Source of the DNA: a virus
Taxonomy: Duplodnaviria; Caudoviricetes
IMG/VR virus record: IMGVR_UViG_3300011116_000260
Coordinates: 13-64,012 of that record
Reading direction: 5' to 3' (one strand)
DNA: 64,000 nucleotides
Positions 10,718 through 20,559 of the stretch are shown here, piece by piece. The notes below the pieces were generated by a model. The model was not told where the DNA came from. It did not search any database and was given only the letters and a program-made list of their open reading frames with translations. Made by a program: the position numbers and the translations under genes. The stretch's first letter is position 1, and the number at the start of each line of letters is the position of its first letter.

Positions 10718-11176
10718 TTAATCTCCTTTATCAAGAAGTATTGTATTATTTTTAATCTTTTCTGTTTGTAACTTTTCTATTTCACTGGTAAATTCTTTTT
10801 CTGCTTCTTCAACACTAGTTTTATTTGTGTGTATTAAAGTAGTCCAATATGTATCTGCATGAGCTATTCCAGCTCTCTTTGCACCCCGTATAGCAGGGAT
10901 AACATGATAACCAGTAAAGCGTTGAGGACCATCATTTGTAGTGACTGTTATATCACCACTTATAATACAAATATTATCTATATTAGAAAAAGCACCAGTA
11001 ATTAAAGTGCCTGCTGGTATAAAAATTGTTCTTGCATACATAGATCCAAATATAAGACCTTCTGTTTGTAAAAATACTTGTGGCATATCTGAAGCAATTT
11101 TTTCCAACTCAGTTACTTTTTGATTATTAATTCTTTGTAACTCTTCTTTATCAACTATTGGGAGTATATCTGTCAC
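10718..11176 (-). CDS. Cupin-like conserved phage protein
   Basis: MYARTIFIPAGTLITG...IISGDITV...GAKRAGIAHADTYWTT fits a cupin beta-barrel pattern. Confidence 0.55.
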   Translation of the reverse strand: MTDILPIVDKEELQRINNQKVTELEKIASDMPQVFLQTEGLIFGSMYARTIFIPAGTLITGAFSNIDNICIISGDITVTTNDGPQRFTGYHVIPAIRGAKRAGIAHADTYWTTLIHTNKTSVEEAEKEFTSEIEKLQTEKIKNNTILLDKGD

Positions 11177-12861
11177 CTTTTAAATCTCCTTTTTAGGATA
11201 CTTGGATATAGTTTTTGGTTAATATTTGGATTACCATTAACTATTAAAGCACCGCTTACTCTTTCTCCTAGTAAACCTAAAGATCTTTTATTACTCATCC
11301 AATCTTTAATTTGTTGTTTATATTCTTCTTGCTTATTCTTTTGTATTTGAGAATCAGCATCAATTGATAAAGAATCCTGCCAATAAGCAACAGCACTAGC
11401 TAAAATATCTACTCTATCGTCATGTTTAAGACTGCCACGACGCTCTGTAATTCGTGTTAGTTGTTTTTGGTTTTCAGAATCTTTAATGGCTTTAGTATTA
11501 AAAATTAATTTATGAACAGCCATTATTGGTTCAAGAACTCTAATAATTCTTTGTTCTTTAGCACCAGTAACTTTAAAATCTTCAATTGCTACTTGGCCAC
11601 AAATTTCAGAAACGATTGGTCTTAATAGATTACAATACATAGCATCACCAAAGTTAGCTTCAACTCTAATTAAATTAATATCGTATTGATATGCTAACTT
11701 AGCAATCTTCTTTAGTAAGACTTCTTCGTATCCTCCTTGCAAACCAAGCAATTCATGTATGACAACATAGCCATTGATAAATGATGCAATGCAAATAGCT
11801 GTTTCATCTGATCCACGGCCACTAGGGTCAACAAACATTGCAGTCTGCATATACGGTATAAAATTAGGGCTAATCCATTGTGGTTCATATAGTAGATCTC
11901 CTGAAATACCAAACGATTCGATTTGTTTCTTTGGAGTACGCTTTTCCCAAGTAATCTTTTCAGGGAATACTTCAGGATTAACATCAATAACTATTAAATC
12001 TTCTAACTTAAGGGGATACTTAGCTCTATCACTAAGTGTAGGATCTAATTTGTAGTGAAGTGCAAATAATCTTGGACCTATCTTAGCTTCTCTAGACTTA
12101 AGTACATCTATAGGGAATCTCTCTGGTTGTGTTGATTCTCCTACTTCTAGCTCCAACTTTAGGATATATTCTGCACAACAATCTATTTCACCCGGAACAT
12201 CTGGGTTAGGCATGATTGCAGGAAACTTTATAATAGGATAAGAGTTAGATAACTTAATATAAACACTATCGGTTGATTGATATGTACCTAGAATACGAAT
12301 ACAACCATCTGGTGTGTTGTTTCTAATTTGTTCTAACTCAGCCAACTTATTTAAAAGTTTTTCTCTAGCAGAAGGTGTATCTGCATTTTCTTCAATTTCA
12401 ACATCGTCTACAATAATATCATCGGCGTGGCTACCAGTTATTTGACCAGTAATACCTCTAGCATAGCAAGATAAATCCTGACCAAATACTGTACGACAAC
12501 CAATATTAAAACCGAATGCACTATCCTTATCAAACTCTTTTGGTTTAAGATGATTGCAATATGGAACAACTTCTAAGATTTGTCTTACCTGAGCAATAAA
12601 GTTAATTGCTCTTAGGGTTGTTGCAGATATAACCATAATAGTTCTATCTGGATTTGTTAACAATCTCCAACTGGCAAAGCAAGCATTGATTACAGACTTA
12701 CCTGCGCCACGACCAGCTTGTAATTGAAAGTCTCTTGGGCCATTCTGCATTAGGTCTGCCATAGCATACTGTAATGGGGTTGGTTCTCCAAGACCTAAAT
12801 ACTTAAAACAGGCCCATAGGTGGTTTCTAAAGTCTTCAACCATTTCTTGTGGTGCTTGCAT
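11173..12861 (-). CDS. terL: Terminase large subunit (T7 gp19-like)
   Basis: Walker A AGRGAGKS, GQITGSHADDIIVDDVE, nuclease VDPSGRGSDET, HDDRVD. Confidence 0.97.
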   Translation of the reverse strand: MQAPQEMVEDFRNHLWACFKYLGLGEPTPLQYAMADLMQNGPRDFQLQAGRGAGKSVINACFASWRLLTNPDRTIMVISATTLRAINFIAQVRQILEVVPYCNHLKPKEFDKDSAFGFNIGCRTVFGQDLSCYARGITGQITGSHADDIIVDDVEIEENADTPSAREKLLNKLAELEQIRNNTPDGCIRILGTYQSTDSVYIKLSNSYPIIKFPAIMPNPDVPGEIDCCAEYILKLELEVGESTQPERFPIDVLKSREAKIGPRLFALHYKLDPTLSDRAKYPLKLEDLIVIDVNPEVFPEKITWEKRTPKKQIESFGISGDLLYEPQWISPNFIPYMQTAMFVDPSGRGSDETAICIASFINGYVVIHELLGLQGGYEEVLLKKIAKLAYQYDINLIRVEANFGDAMYCNLLRPIVSEICGQVAIEDFKVTGAKEQRIIRVLEPIMAVHKLIFNTKAIKDSENQKQLTRITERRGSLKHDDRVDILASAVAYWQDSLSIDADSQIQKNKQEEYKQQIKDWMSNKRSLGLLGERVSGALIVNGNPNINQKLYPSILKRRFKR

Positions 12862-12910
12862 ACATCCTCCATAATAGGAACTACAACAATTATGTCATAG
12901 TTCCTTGTTA

Positions 12911-13141
12911 TCAGCCATTGGCTGCTTTAAATTTAAATGGAGCCTTGGAAGCCATCTTAGCTTCTAGCTCATCTAGCGTAGCGTGGGAGATACCATCCAG
13001 TACCTCCCTATTGTCGTTTATAAGCCCTCTAATGACCGTATAAAGCCCCGGAGTACATCTGGTGGGGTCATCTAGGTCTAAGAGCAGCTGGCTCAGTAAA
13101 CGGTCGTTAAGGCGTTTAATGAGATCCTTGTTATCGGACAT
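12911..13141 (-). CDS. terS: Terminase small subunit (T7 gp18-like)
   Basis: Small helical protein directly upstream of TerL; LLLDLDDPTRCTPGLYTVIRGLINDN resembles gp18. Start taken at the ATG at 13141. Confidence 0.7.
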   Translation of the reverse strand: MSDNKDLIKRLNDRLLSQLLLDLDDPTRCTPGLYTVIRGLINDNREVLDGISHATLDELEAKMASKAPFKFKAANG

Positions 13142-13143
13142 AT

Positions 13144-13254
13144 TTAGCCTTTGATCCAAGTCTTGATCTTATCAACACTTACGACATGGCCAGCTACATA
13201 ACCAGCAAATAACATAAAGCAACCAAACCAAACGCTTCCTAAAAATGATGACAT
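13144..13254 (-). CDS. 36-aa single-TM membrane protein, not in ORF track
   Basis: Manual translation MSSFLGSVWFGCFMLFAGYVAGHVVSVDKIKTWIKG*; AAGGAG upstream; fills the intergenic gap. Confidence 0.7.
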   Translation of the reverse strand: MSSFLGSVWFGCFMLFAGYVAGHVVSVDKIKTWIKG

Positions 13255-13265
13255 ATTTATTCTCC

Positions 13266-15257
13266 TTATAAAGAAAAGTCTCTAACATATACTTTAAAAA
13301 CTGTAGATTGTGTAGATGTTGGGGTTACTCGTAATCTCATTTTGGTACTACTAGTACCTCCAATATCTACTGCATAGGTTGCATTAGCACCACCTATATT
13401 TATATCACTAATGGTTGCTGTAGATACAGTTGTATTACCATTATGTATTGCATTTATTTCTGTTAATTGATATTTTCCACCTGTAGTATTAACAGCTTGA
13501 ATAATAAACTTAGCACCTCTAATACTAGCTTTATCTAGTTGTAATAAATTAAGTGTAGATGTAGTAGTTGTTGTAAGTGTTGCTGAAAAACTATAACTTA
13601 TATCAATTCCAGAAACAGTTGATATAAAATTTGAAGATGAAATTTGAGGAGTAATAACACTAATACCATTAAAGTTTGCAGTATAACCACTAGGATCAAT
13701 AAATAGATATTCTCCACTAGTTACTCCAGAAACATCACCAATAGCAAGACCAGTAGAACTGTCTAAATTAATTCCACCACCGTAATCAAGAATACTAACT
13801 CCAGCAGTACCCAAAATTGATGCAACATTTCCTGCTGATACTAAAGTATCACCAGCATTTCCATCTACAGATATATAAGTTGATCCAGATGAAATTTCAC
13901 CAATAGAAACATATGCTCCCGTAGAATTATTAATTGCTAAATTAGTTCCTGATATTGAAGTTGCAGTAGCTGCTCCAATATTTGGAGTAACTAAAGTTTT
14001 ATTAGTTAATGTTTCTGTACCAGTTATTGTTGCAATATTTAATGAATTAATAGTAGAATTAATCCACTGTGATGTACTAGAGTCATACCTCAATAAGTTA
14101 TTATTAGCAGGACTGGTAATTGTAACATCAGCAAAATCATCAATAACAGAATAAGCAACACCACCACCACCAATGTTTGATGTATTTCTAAATAGACCAG
14201 CAGCAATAAACTTAGCGTTTGCTGTATTATTTAAAGCAGTTGCGTTTCCTTTTACAATTAAATAACCAAGAAACACACCCTGTGTTGCTGTAGCGTCATT
14301 TTCTGAAAAGGACTCATATTGAATATTAGCTTGTGCTGTTTCAAAAGAAGTATATGTTTGTCTTCCATAGTAAACACCAAGTACTTCTGGTTGATTTGGA
14401 AGTGCAAATAATCTTTGTGTTGTATACTGACCACCAGATACAGATTGCAAAGTACCTGTTCCATCATCCCATTTAGTTGGATCAATAGTAGAGTTTACAA
14501 CAGTAGTAAAACCACCAGATCCATTTCTATACCAACGATAGACTGCTGTTACTGGATTTGAATTAGTATCAGTAACTATATTTGGGGAGTTTGGGTCTGT
14601 CTTATAGTTTCTACCAATAGCATATGCTTTACCAGAACTTTTATTTACTTGTAGATTAGCACCATTAGCTGATATTTCATAACCAGATAGTTTTAAGGGA
14701 CCAAATGCTCTAACAAATGGATCTATTTGAGATGCTTGTCCATAAGAAACATGTGGATAAGATTTTGCAATATTAATAGTACTTCTATTTGGATGTACTA
14801 AAGCTCCTAATGGGATTTGTGTTTCGTATTGAGTTTCTGTCCAAGTGCTTGTTTGTTGAACTACTGCTCCACTAGAGTTAATAGCAATCCAAGTTTCATC
14901 TGCTGATGCTAAGTTTGTTAGTGTTACCGCTGTTTTAGCAGTCCAAGTAACTGTTGTAACTGTTGGATTTGGTAATGCAGTTAAACTAGCACCCTGTGTT
15001 ACAATAATACCAGAACCAGCACTAATATCAAACTTACTAGAATTCCCAGCATTAATACTAACTACACCACCATATAGAATACCAGTTTGAAGATTCTCGA
15101 TAAAGCGATCATTATTAATACCTTCCCAGTTACCATAAAAGTTAACAGCAGTTACATCGCCAGTAGTTGTTGTATAGTTACCTGCATTATCAATAAGGTC
15201 TACTGGAGGATGATTAATAGAAAACCCAGCTCTTCCGTTTAATTTTTGAATTGCCAT
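13266..15257 (-). CDS. Tail fibre/spike-like structural protein (663 aa)
   Basis: Thr/Ser/Gly-rich beta sequence; DVTITSPANNNLLRYDSSTSQWIN and ETLTNKTL fibre motifs. Confidence 0.7.
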   Translation of the reverse strand: MAIQKLNGRAGFSINHPPVDLIDNAGNYTTTTGDVTAVNFYGNWEGINNDRFIENLQTGILYGGVVSINAGNSSKFDISAGSGIIVTQGASLTALPNPTVTTVTWTAKTAVTLTNLASADETWIAINSSGAVVQQTSTWTETQYETQIPLGALVHPNRSTINIAKSYPHVSYGQASQIDPFVRAFGPLKLSGYEISANGANLQVNKSSGKAYAIGRNYKTDPNSPNIVTDTNSNPVTAVYRWYRNGSGGFTTVVNSTIDPTKWDDGTGTLQSVSGGQYTTQRLFALPNQPEVLGVYYGRQTYTSFETAQANIQYESFSENDATATQGVFLGYLIVKGNATALNNTANAKFIAAGLFRNTSNIGGGGVAYSVIDDFADVTITSPANNNLLRYDSSTSQWINSTINSLNIATITGTETLTNKTLVTPNIGAATATSISGTNLAINNSTGAYVSIGEISSGSTYISVDGNAGDTLVSAGNVASILGTAGVSILDYGGGINLDSSTGLAIGDVSGVTSGEYLFIDPSGYTANFNGISVITPQISSSNFISTVSGIDISYSFSATLTTTTTSTLNLLQLDKASIRGAKFIIQAVNTTGGKYQLTEINAIHNGNTTVSTATISDINIGGANATYAVDIGGTSSTKMRLRVTPTSTQSTVFKVYVRDFSL

Positions 15258-15267
15258 ATATTATTCC

Positions 15268-15990
15268 TTATTGTACTATATAACCAACACTCCATTTTTT
15301 ATCAATACCAAATGTACACAAAGCAGTTACTCTATGGTACATTGTATTTGTTAATAATGGGGCTACGCGAAGTTCAAATTGCTGATCTGTTGAATCATAT
15401 ACAACACTATAGACAGCAAAATCAGATGATACACTATAGGTATTACCGTATTCAACAAAGTTAACTGTTGGGCTTTGAGCAATACTTATATTTTCATAGT
15501 CGTGATTTAAAGCTGCTAATATTTTTGTAATTTTTCTTTTAGTTAGTTTTGTTGGTAATGTTATTCCAGTAGTATTTCCTACTTCTGTTTGAATAGTAAA
15601 TTCAATACTACCAATAACATCAGAATCTTTAGTTAATTGATTACCTTTATATAAAGGAAACTGCATAATAGGAACAATACTTGTACTGCCTGTTAATAGA
15701 TTTCCTGTCACTATTTTAGATGTAGTATCTATATAAACAGTATTTATAACTGGTTCTGTTAATATTGGATTATTACCAAAAATTAAAGATCCAGTACCAG
15801 ATTCATCTGTAATAATGCCAGCTAGTTCTGCTGATGTAGTAGCACCAAACTGACCCAAGGAATTTTCTTTACTAGCGAATCCAGAAAGATTTTCTTCTTT
15901 AAGATTATGCATTACTCCTGTTGTGTTTCTTTTAAGAACACCACGATCAGCAGAGTGCTGTCCAATATCAATTGGCCTTCTTCCGGGCAT
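15268..15990 (-). CDS. Fibre-associated structural protein
   Basis: TSAELAGIITDESGTGSLIFGNNP fibre-type motif; start taken at MPGRR (15990). Confidence 0.55.
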   Translation of the reverse strand: MPGRRPIDIGQHSADRGVLKRNTTGVMHNLKEENLSGFASKENSLGQFGATTSAELAGIITDESGTGSLIFGNNPILTEPVINTVYIDTTSKIVTGNLLTGSTSIVPIMQFPLYKGNQLTKDSDVIGSIEFTIQTEVGNTTGITLPTKLTKRKITKILAALNHDYENISIAQSPTVNFVEYGNTYSVSSDFAVYSVVYDSTDQQFELRVAPLLTNTMYHRVTALCTFGIDKKWSVGYIVQ

Positions 15991-16447
15991 CTTCGCTTTC
16001 CTTTCTCCACGCTGCATCAAAGACTGGATCAGACATTCTTTTTGCTGCTATCCATTCTCTAATTGTGGTTGGGTCGTTTTCATTCATAGCGTCTTTAGCT
16101 AGTTTAGCTTCATTAATTTTAGGTTTTGGTATCCATCCTATAGCAAGCCGGATAGCTTGGCCTATCCCTGTTTGCCATAGAATAATTACAATACCAATAA
16201 AGATAATAGAAATAAAACCATACTGAATTAAACTGGCCCACCAAGGGGTAATATCTTTAACTCCGCTGATTGCATCTGCTATATCTTTTGTTTCACCTAA
16301 AATAATTTCTGCGTGTTTATGAGCAATAGTTATATCTTGAGTATCAAGAATTTTAATTGCGTTTTCTTGAACTATGTGGTTACTAGTAGAGATCTGATTA
16401 ACAGAAGAACAACCACATAGTAACAACATAATTAAGAATTTTTTCAT
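15968..16447 (-). CDS. Lipoprotein with a second TM helix (unimolecular spanin-like)
   Basis: MKKFLIMLLLCGC lipobox, ~55-aa soluble segment, TM LIQYGFISIIFIGIVIILW. Confidence 0.55.
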   Translation of the reverse strand: MKKFLIMLLLCGCSSVNQISTSNHIVQENAIKILDTQDITIAHKHAEIILGETKDIADAISGVKDITPWWASLIQYGFISIIFIGIVIILWQTGIGQAIRLAIGWIPKPKINEAKLAKDAMNENDPTTIREWIAAKRMSDPVFDAAWRKESEDARKKAN

Positions 16448-16704
16448 AGACTTCTTTCTAATACTTCAATACGGTGTCTTAGTTCTTTAAGATCACCCAT
16501 CATAACAATTATACTTTTACCTTGTTCAATATCTGTTTTAACAAGATCCTTTGCAATATCTCGTAATACAATTAACTCTTCTACATTACGATCTATCATT
16601 GCATCTCGTTTACCTAATTTAAGAATAACAGTAACTACACCAACAGTCAGAATAGCCAACTGCATCATAGCTACATAAATACCAATATTATTTTGATCTG
16701 ACAT
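16444..16704 (-). CDS. Single-TM coiled-coil protein (holin-like/lysis accessory)
   Basis: N-terminal TM IGIYVAMMQLAILTVGVVTVIL followed by a coiled coil; overlaps the lipoprotein gene. Confidence 0.45.
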   Translation of the reverse strand: MSDQNNIGIYVAMMQLAILTVGVVTVILKLGKRDAMIDRNVEELIVLRDIAKDLVKTDIEQGKSIIVMMGDLKELRHRIEVLERSL

Positions 16705-16716
16705 GACATAGTTCCT

Positions 16717-19700
16717 TTATGCGGCTAGATAAACAAAAGAAAGAGCTAACCAATTGGTTGCATTTGTGTTTAAAAGAGGTACAGCCTGAGTTGTTTGACC
16801 ATCTCCGTTAAAACCAAATACCCTTAAAGTACCATCTGTTAAAACTCTTGTTTCAAAAGTACCATTATAATTAGAACCAGAAAAGTTTAGTCTTCCTGTT
16901 GTTGTAAATATTTGATTATAAGATGGTGCAGGTAATCCTTGTAGTATTGGAACACCAGATCCAAGAGTAATATTTGCAGTAGCTGCTGAAATTAATCCTT
17001 CAACAAAAACCATTCTGCCTGTTTTTGTATATCTTACTGGAAAAGTTGTAGAATTGTATGATGTAAAGTTAGATGTAGCATTAGTAGCAAATCTAAATCC
17101 ACTAGTTTCACTTGCAACATCTGCTAAAACTGTATTTTCTGTATATAATAAGGGACTATCAATATATTTTGGTGGTTGTGAAAATGTAGTTACACCATCA
17201 TTACCAATAACAACATCAGATAAAGTTGGAGTTATTGCTCCAAATCTATCAGAATTACCAATAATTCTTATAGGACCATCACTAATAATAAGATCAGTTT
17301 TAACTGTAGGGGCTACTACTTTTCCAGCGGCATATAGATCTCCACCAATACCAACACCACCAGCAACTTGCAACGCACCAGTATTTGATGCTGTAGCTGA
17401 TTGTGTAGAAGATAGTGTAGTAACGCCACTAATACTTGTTGTTCCGTTTACAGCTAGTTTTGTGGTTGGGCTTGTAGTTCCAATACCAACATTGCCATCA
17501 GGATCAATTCTCATTCGTTCTGTTGTTGTATTTACAGAACTAGCATTATTTGTTGATAAAGCAATACCTGTTAAATAAGCGTCATTTCTATAAAAACTCA
17601 TTGCGGCTCCACCACCGCCTCCAGATGAGTATAAAATAGACGATGTGGATGATGCAGAAATACCACCATCAAGATGTATTCCAGACATGTTTGTAATAGT
17701 TGATTGAACACCACCAGCAGTGCCGCTTGTTACTTTTGTATTACCAACTACATGTAGTTTTCCTGTTGGGCTTCCAATTCCAATGCCAACATTGCCAGAC
17801 GAATCAATACGCATTCGCTCCGTGTTATTTGTGCCGAATCTAGTAACCCCAGCAGTATCGTTCCATATGTCTAGGGTATTGGAGGAGCCACCAAATCCAA
17901 GGTATGCGCCTCTTCCAGCACTGTCATACAAATCCAAATAACACGCGCCACCAGAAACAATTGCATTCGTTGTTTCTAGACGCAAAACATTGGTTGTGCC
18001 TTTGACATGCAGTTTGGTTGCTGGGTTTGCAATACCAATACCAAGATTTCCTAGATGATCAAGTGTCATTCTATTCTTCATACCAACACTAAAATCATCT
18101 GTAGTTAAAAAATGCATTTTAATTCCATAGCCACCAGAGCTTTGGAATAAAAGACCTCCTTGTGTGCCGCTACTTATTCCTGATGTAGTAATACCAGCAA
18201 ACTCATCATTAACAGAATTAGTCTGATTTAGTTGAATTCCACTATATTTATTTAATCCTGTAAGAGTTGTACCAGTTGATGGCACTGCGATTTGAAGTCT
18301 TGTTGTTGGATTTCCTATTCCAATACCAACATTACCATTTGTGGTTATATTTAACGCTGCTGTATTATTAGTAATTAATGAATACGGATGATTTGAAGTT
18401 GTTCCTGAATAAGCAATATCATTTCCAGCTCCAATATAACCCATTACTTGACTTACAGAAGGTGAATTACTACTTTGTAGTGCACATATTGTTCCGGGAA
18501 CACCAACTACATGCAGTTTTGTTGTTGGACTTGTTGTTCCAATACCAACATCACCAGTATTTAAAATCCGCATTCGTTCTGTGTTATTTGTCATTAAAAC
18601 ATAAGCATGATCTGAAAGTGTTCCAGACCAAGCAGCAGTACTTGACGGATATGCAAATGCTTGTTGAACTGTTCCATCAGTTGCAAAACCAGACAGACCA
18701 GCGGCTGATGAAATTGATAGTTTGTAACCCGGACTTGCAGTACCAATACCAACATTACCGGAAGAATTAATAGTTAATGCTGCTGTGCTACTCCCCTTGA
18801 ATTGAAAACCACCACCAGTAGTTCCAGAATTTGTTAATGTTAGTAAGCTATTTGCTTCATGGCTAACTAGTAAATTTGATCCGTTACCAGCTAAGATAAG
18901 AGATTGTAAACCAACAGAACCAGCATTATCAATACGCATTAATCCATTAAGTACTTGAATACCATTAGTAGTCGCTGCTGAAGTAATTAAAAGTTTATGG
19001 CCAGTACCATTAGCACCACCAATACCAATATTATCACTAAATGTTTTATTACCAGTTACAGTTTCGTTACCAGAAAGACCTACATAATTAGCTAGAGTTG
19101 TTGTGCTAATTTGGGTCCAAGCTGATCCATTATATATCTTAAAGGCTGTATTAGCAGAGTCATACCAGATAGTACCAGCCAATGGATTGGTTGGTGAACT
19201 TGATCCATAAGTTGCTGTAGCTCGTCCGGTAAGGTTTCCATACTGGTCAATAGCATTTACTTCAACATTGCTTGAGTTTTTAAATGCAACAATCTTTTGT
19301 GTAGAAGCACCCTTGAAGGTTGGTACTGTTGCAGAATCTGCGTTTATTGTAAATGTACCAGTTAGGTTTAATACTGATGTTGTGTTACCAGTTAGATTAA
19401 GAACACCAGCTTGAGTTAGATTACCAGTAATATTTTGATTACCAGTTTGTGATAGATTTCCAGCTAAAGTTAGTGCAGTTGGGCTAGTACTACTTGGGGT
19501 AATGGTAAAATTTGCTGTACTATCTTTTGTTCCGTTAGCACCAGCATAAACAATTCTACCCTGAGCATGGCCATTAAAGATGGTGTTTGAAGATGTTGTA
19601 ACTGCATTAGTTACATAATCGTCAATTGCATTTACTGCTGTAATAATATCAGAACCGTTTGCAACAATAGTACCAGTTACAGTACCAGCACCAACTTTTG

Positions 19701-20544
19701 TCTGTAGTGCTGTAATTGCAGAACCCTGAGATGTGTTGGTTGACTCTGTTGCAGTAACTCTAGTATCTAATCCATTAACTGCGGCTGATAAGTTAGATGC
19801 TGAATAAGTTCCAGTTAAACTTGTAGATGGACTAACTCTTGGTGTTAGTGCGTTAATGCTAGATGTTTGTGATGTATTTAAAGTTTCAATAGCATCCAAT
19901 CTACCATTTTGGGTTGTGTTTATTGCTACAGCAGAATCAACTTGTGATTGAATATTTGTATTAGCAGCATCAATATAAGTCTTTGCAGACTGTCCACTTG
20001 GTAGTGCTCCCAATCTTCCTTCTACCCAAGTTCTTGTAGCTATAGAGTATGTGCTATTATATTCAAGATCAGTTGCTGTTACAAACTCATAATTTAATCT
20101 ATCTAAAATTTCTTGTGCTAAATTTACAAGTTGACTTGTTTGTAAATTAAGTTGACTGGCCGTTAATCTAGTTCCATCAAGCCAAGTTACTAATGATTCA
20201 CTACTAATGCTTTTTCGTCTAATAGTAATAGAATCTCCATTTGATACTGCTGGAACTATAATACTTACTCCAGCTTTGGTTACATAATTAGGAAAACTAG
20301 TGGAAAAGGCTGTAATCTTTTTATTAGCTTCGTCTACAGTATAGTTATTTGACGCAATAACAAAGATTTTTCTAAAGTCTTCTTGTGCAAGTACAGTTCC
20401 ACTTGGCACTGTAAACTTTCTTTCTACTTCTATTTGATCTTTATGAGCAATTCCAGATATGGTTGGTATAGTGGAGTATGAAAATCCTGTTGAAGAATTC
20501 CAAGTACCACTTGTATTTGTTTTTAGTAAAGTATTAGTAGGCAT
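16717..20544 (-). CDS. Tail fibre protein (T7 gp17-like N-terminus, GNVGIG repeats)
   Basis: ITIRRKS...WLDGTRLTASQLN...LAQE gp17-type N-terminus; about 7 repeats of (ERMRI)xxxGNVGIGxxxPxxKL. Confidence 0.9.
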   Translation of the reverse strand: MPTNTLLKTNTSGTWNSSTGFSYSTIPTISGIAHKDQIEVERKFTVPSGTVLAQEDFRKIFVIASNNYTVDEANKKITAFSTSFPNYVTKAGVSIIVPAVSNGDSITIRRKSISSESLVTWLDGTRLTASQLNLQTSQLVNLAQEILDRLNYEFVTATDLEYNSTYSIATRTWVEGRLGALPSGQSAKTYIDAANTNIQSQVDSAVAINTTQNGRLDAIETLNTSQTSSINALTPRVSPSTSLTGTYSASNLSAAVNGLDTRVTATESTNTSQGSAITALQTKVGAGTVTGTIVANGSDIITAVNAIDDYVTNAVTTSSNTIFNGHAQGRIVYAGANGTKDSTANFTITPSSTSPTALTLAGNLSQTGNQNITGNLTQAGVLNLTGNTTSVLNLTGTFTINADSATVPTFKGASTQKIVAFKNSSNVEVNAIDQYGNLTGRATATYGSSSPTNPLAGTIWYDSANTAFKIYNGSAWTQISTTTLANYVGLSGNETVTGNKTFSDNIGIGGANGTGHKLLITSAATTNGIQVLNGLMRIDNAGSVGLQSLILAGNGSNLLVSHEANSLLTLTNSGTTGGGFQFKGSSTAALTINSSGNVGIGTASPGYKLSISSAAGLSGFATDGTVQQAFAYPSSTAAWSGTLSDHAYVLMTNNTERMRILNTGDVGIGTTSPTTKLHVVGVPGTICALQSSNSPSVSQVMGYIGAGNDIAYSGTTSNHPYSLITNNTAALNITTNGNVGIGIGNPTTRLQIAVPSTGTTLTGLNKYSGIQLNQTNSVNDEFAGITTSGISSGTQGGLLFQSSGGYGIKMHFLTTDDFSVGMKNRMTLDHLGNLGIGIANPATKLHVKGTTNVLRLETTNAIVSGGACYLDLYDSAGRGAYLGFGGSSNTLDIWNDTAGVTRFGTNNTERMRIDSSGNVGIGIGSPTGKLHVVGNTKVTSGTAGGVQSTITNMSGIHLDGGISASSTSSILYSSGGGGGAAMSFYRNDAYLTGIALSTNNASSVNTTTERMRIDPDGNVGIGTTSPTTKLAVNGTTSISGVTTLSSTQSATASNTGALQVAGGVGIGGDLYAAGKVVAPTVKTDLIISDGPIRIIGNSDRFGAITPTLSDVVIGNDGVTTFSQPPKYIDSPLLYTENTVLADVASETSGFRFATNATSNFTSYNSTTFPVRYTKTGRMVFVEGLISAATANITLGSGVPILQGLPAPSYNQIFTTTGRLNFSGSNYNGTFETRVLTDGTLRVFGFNGDGQTTQAVPLLNTNATNWLALSFVYLAA

Positions 20545-20559
20545 TTCTTATAACTCCTA

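Noticed and set aside
17400-19050. CRISPR array or DGR template/variable repeats (recurring ccaataccaacatt)
   Set aside because: These encode the GNVGIG protein repeats of the tail fibre. There is no reverse transcriptase, cas gene or spacer periodicity.
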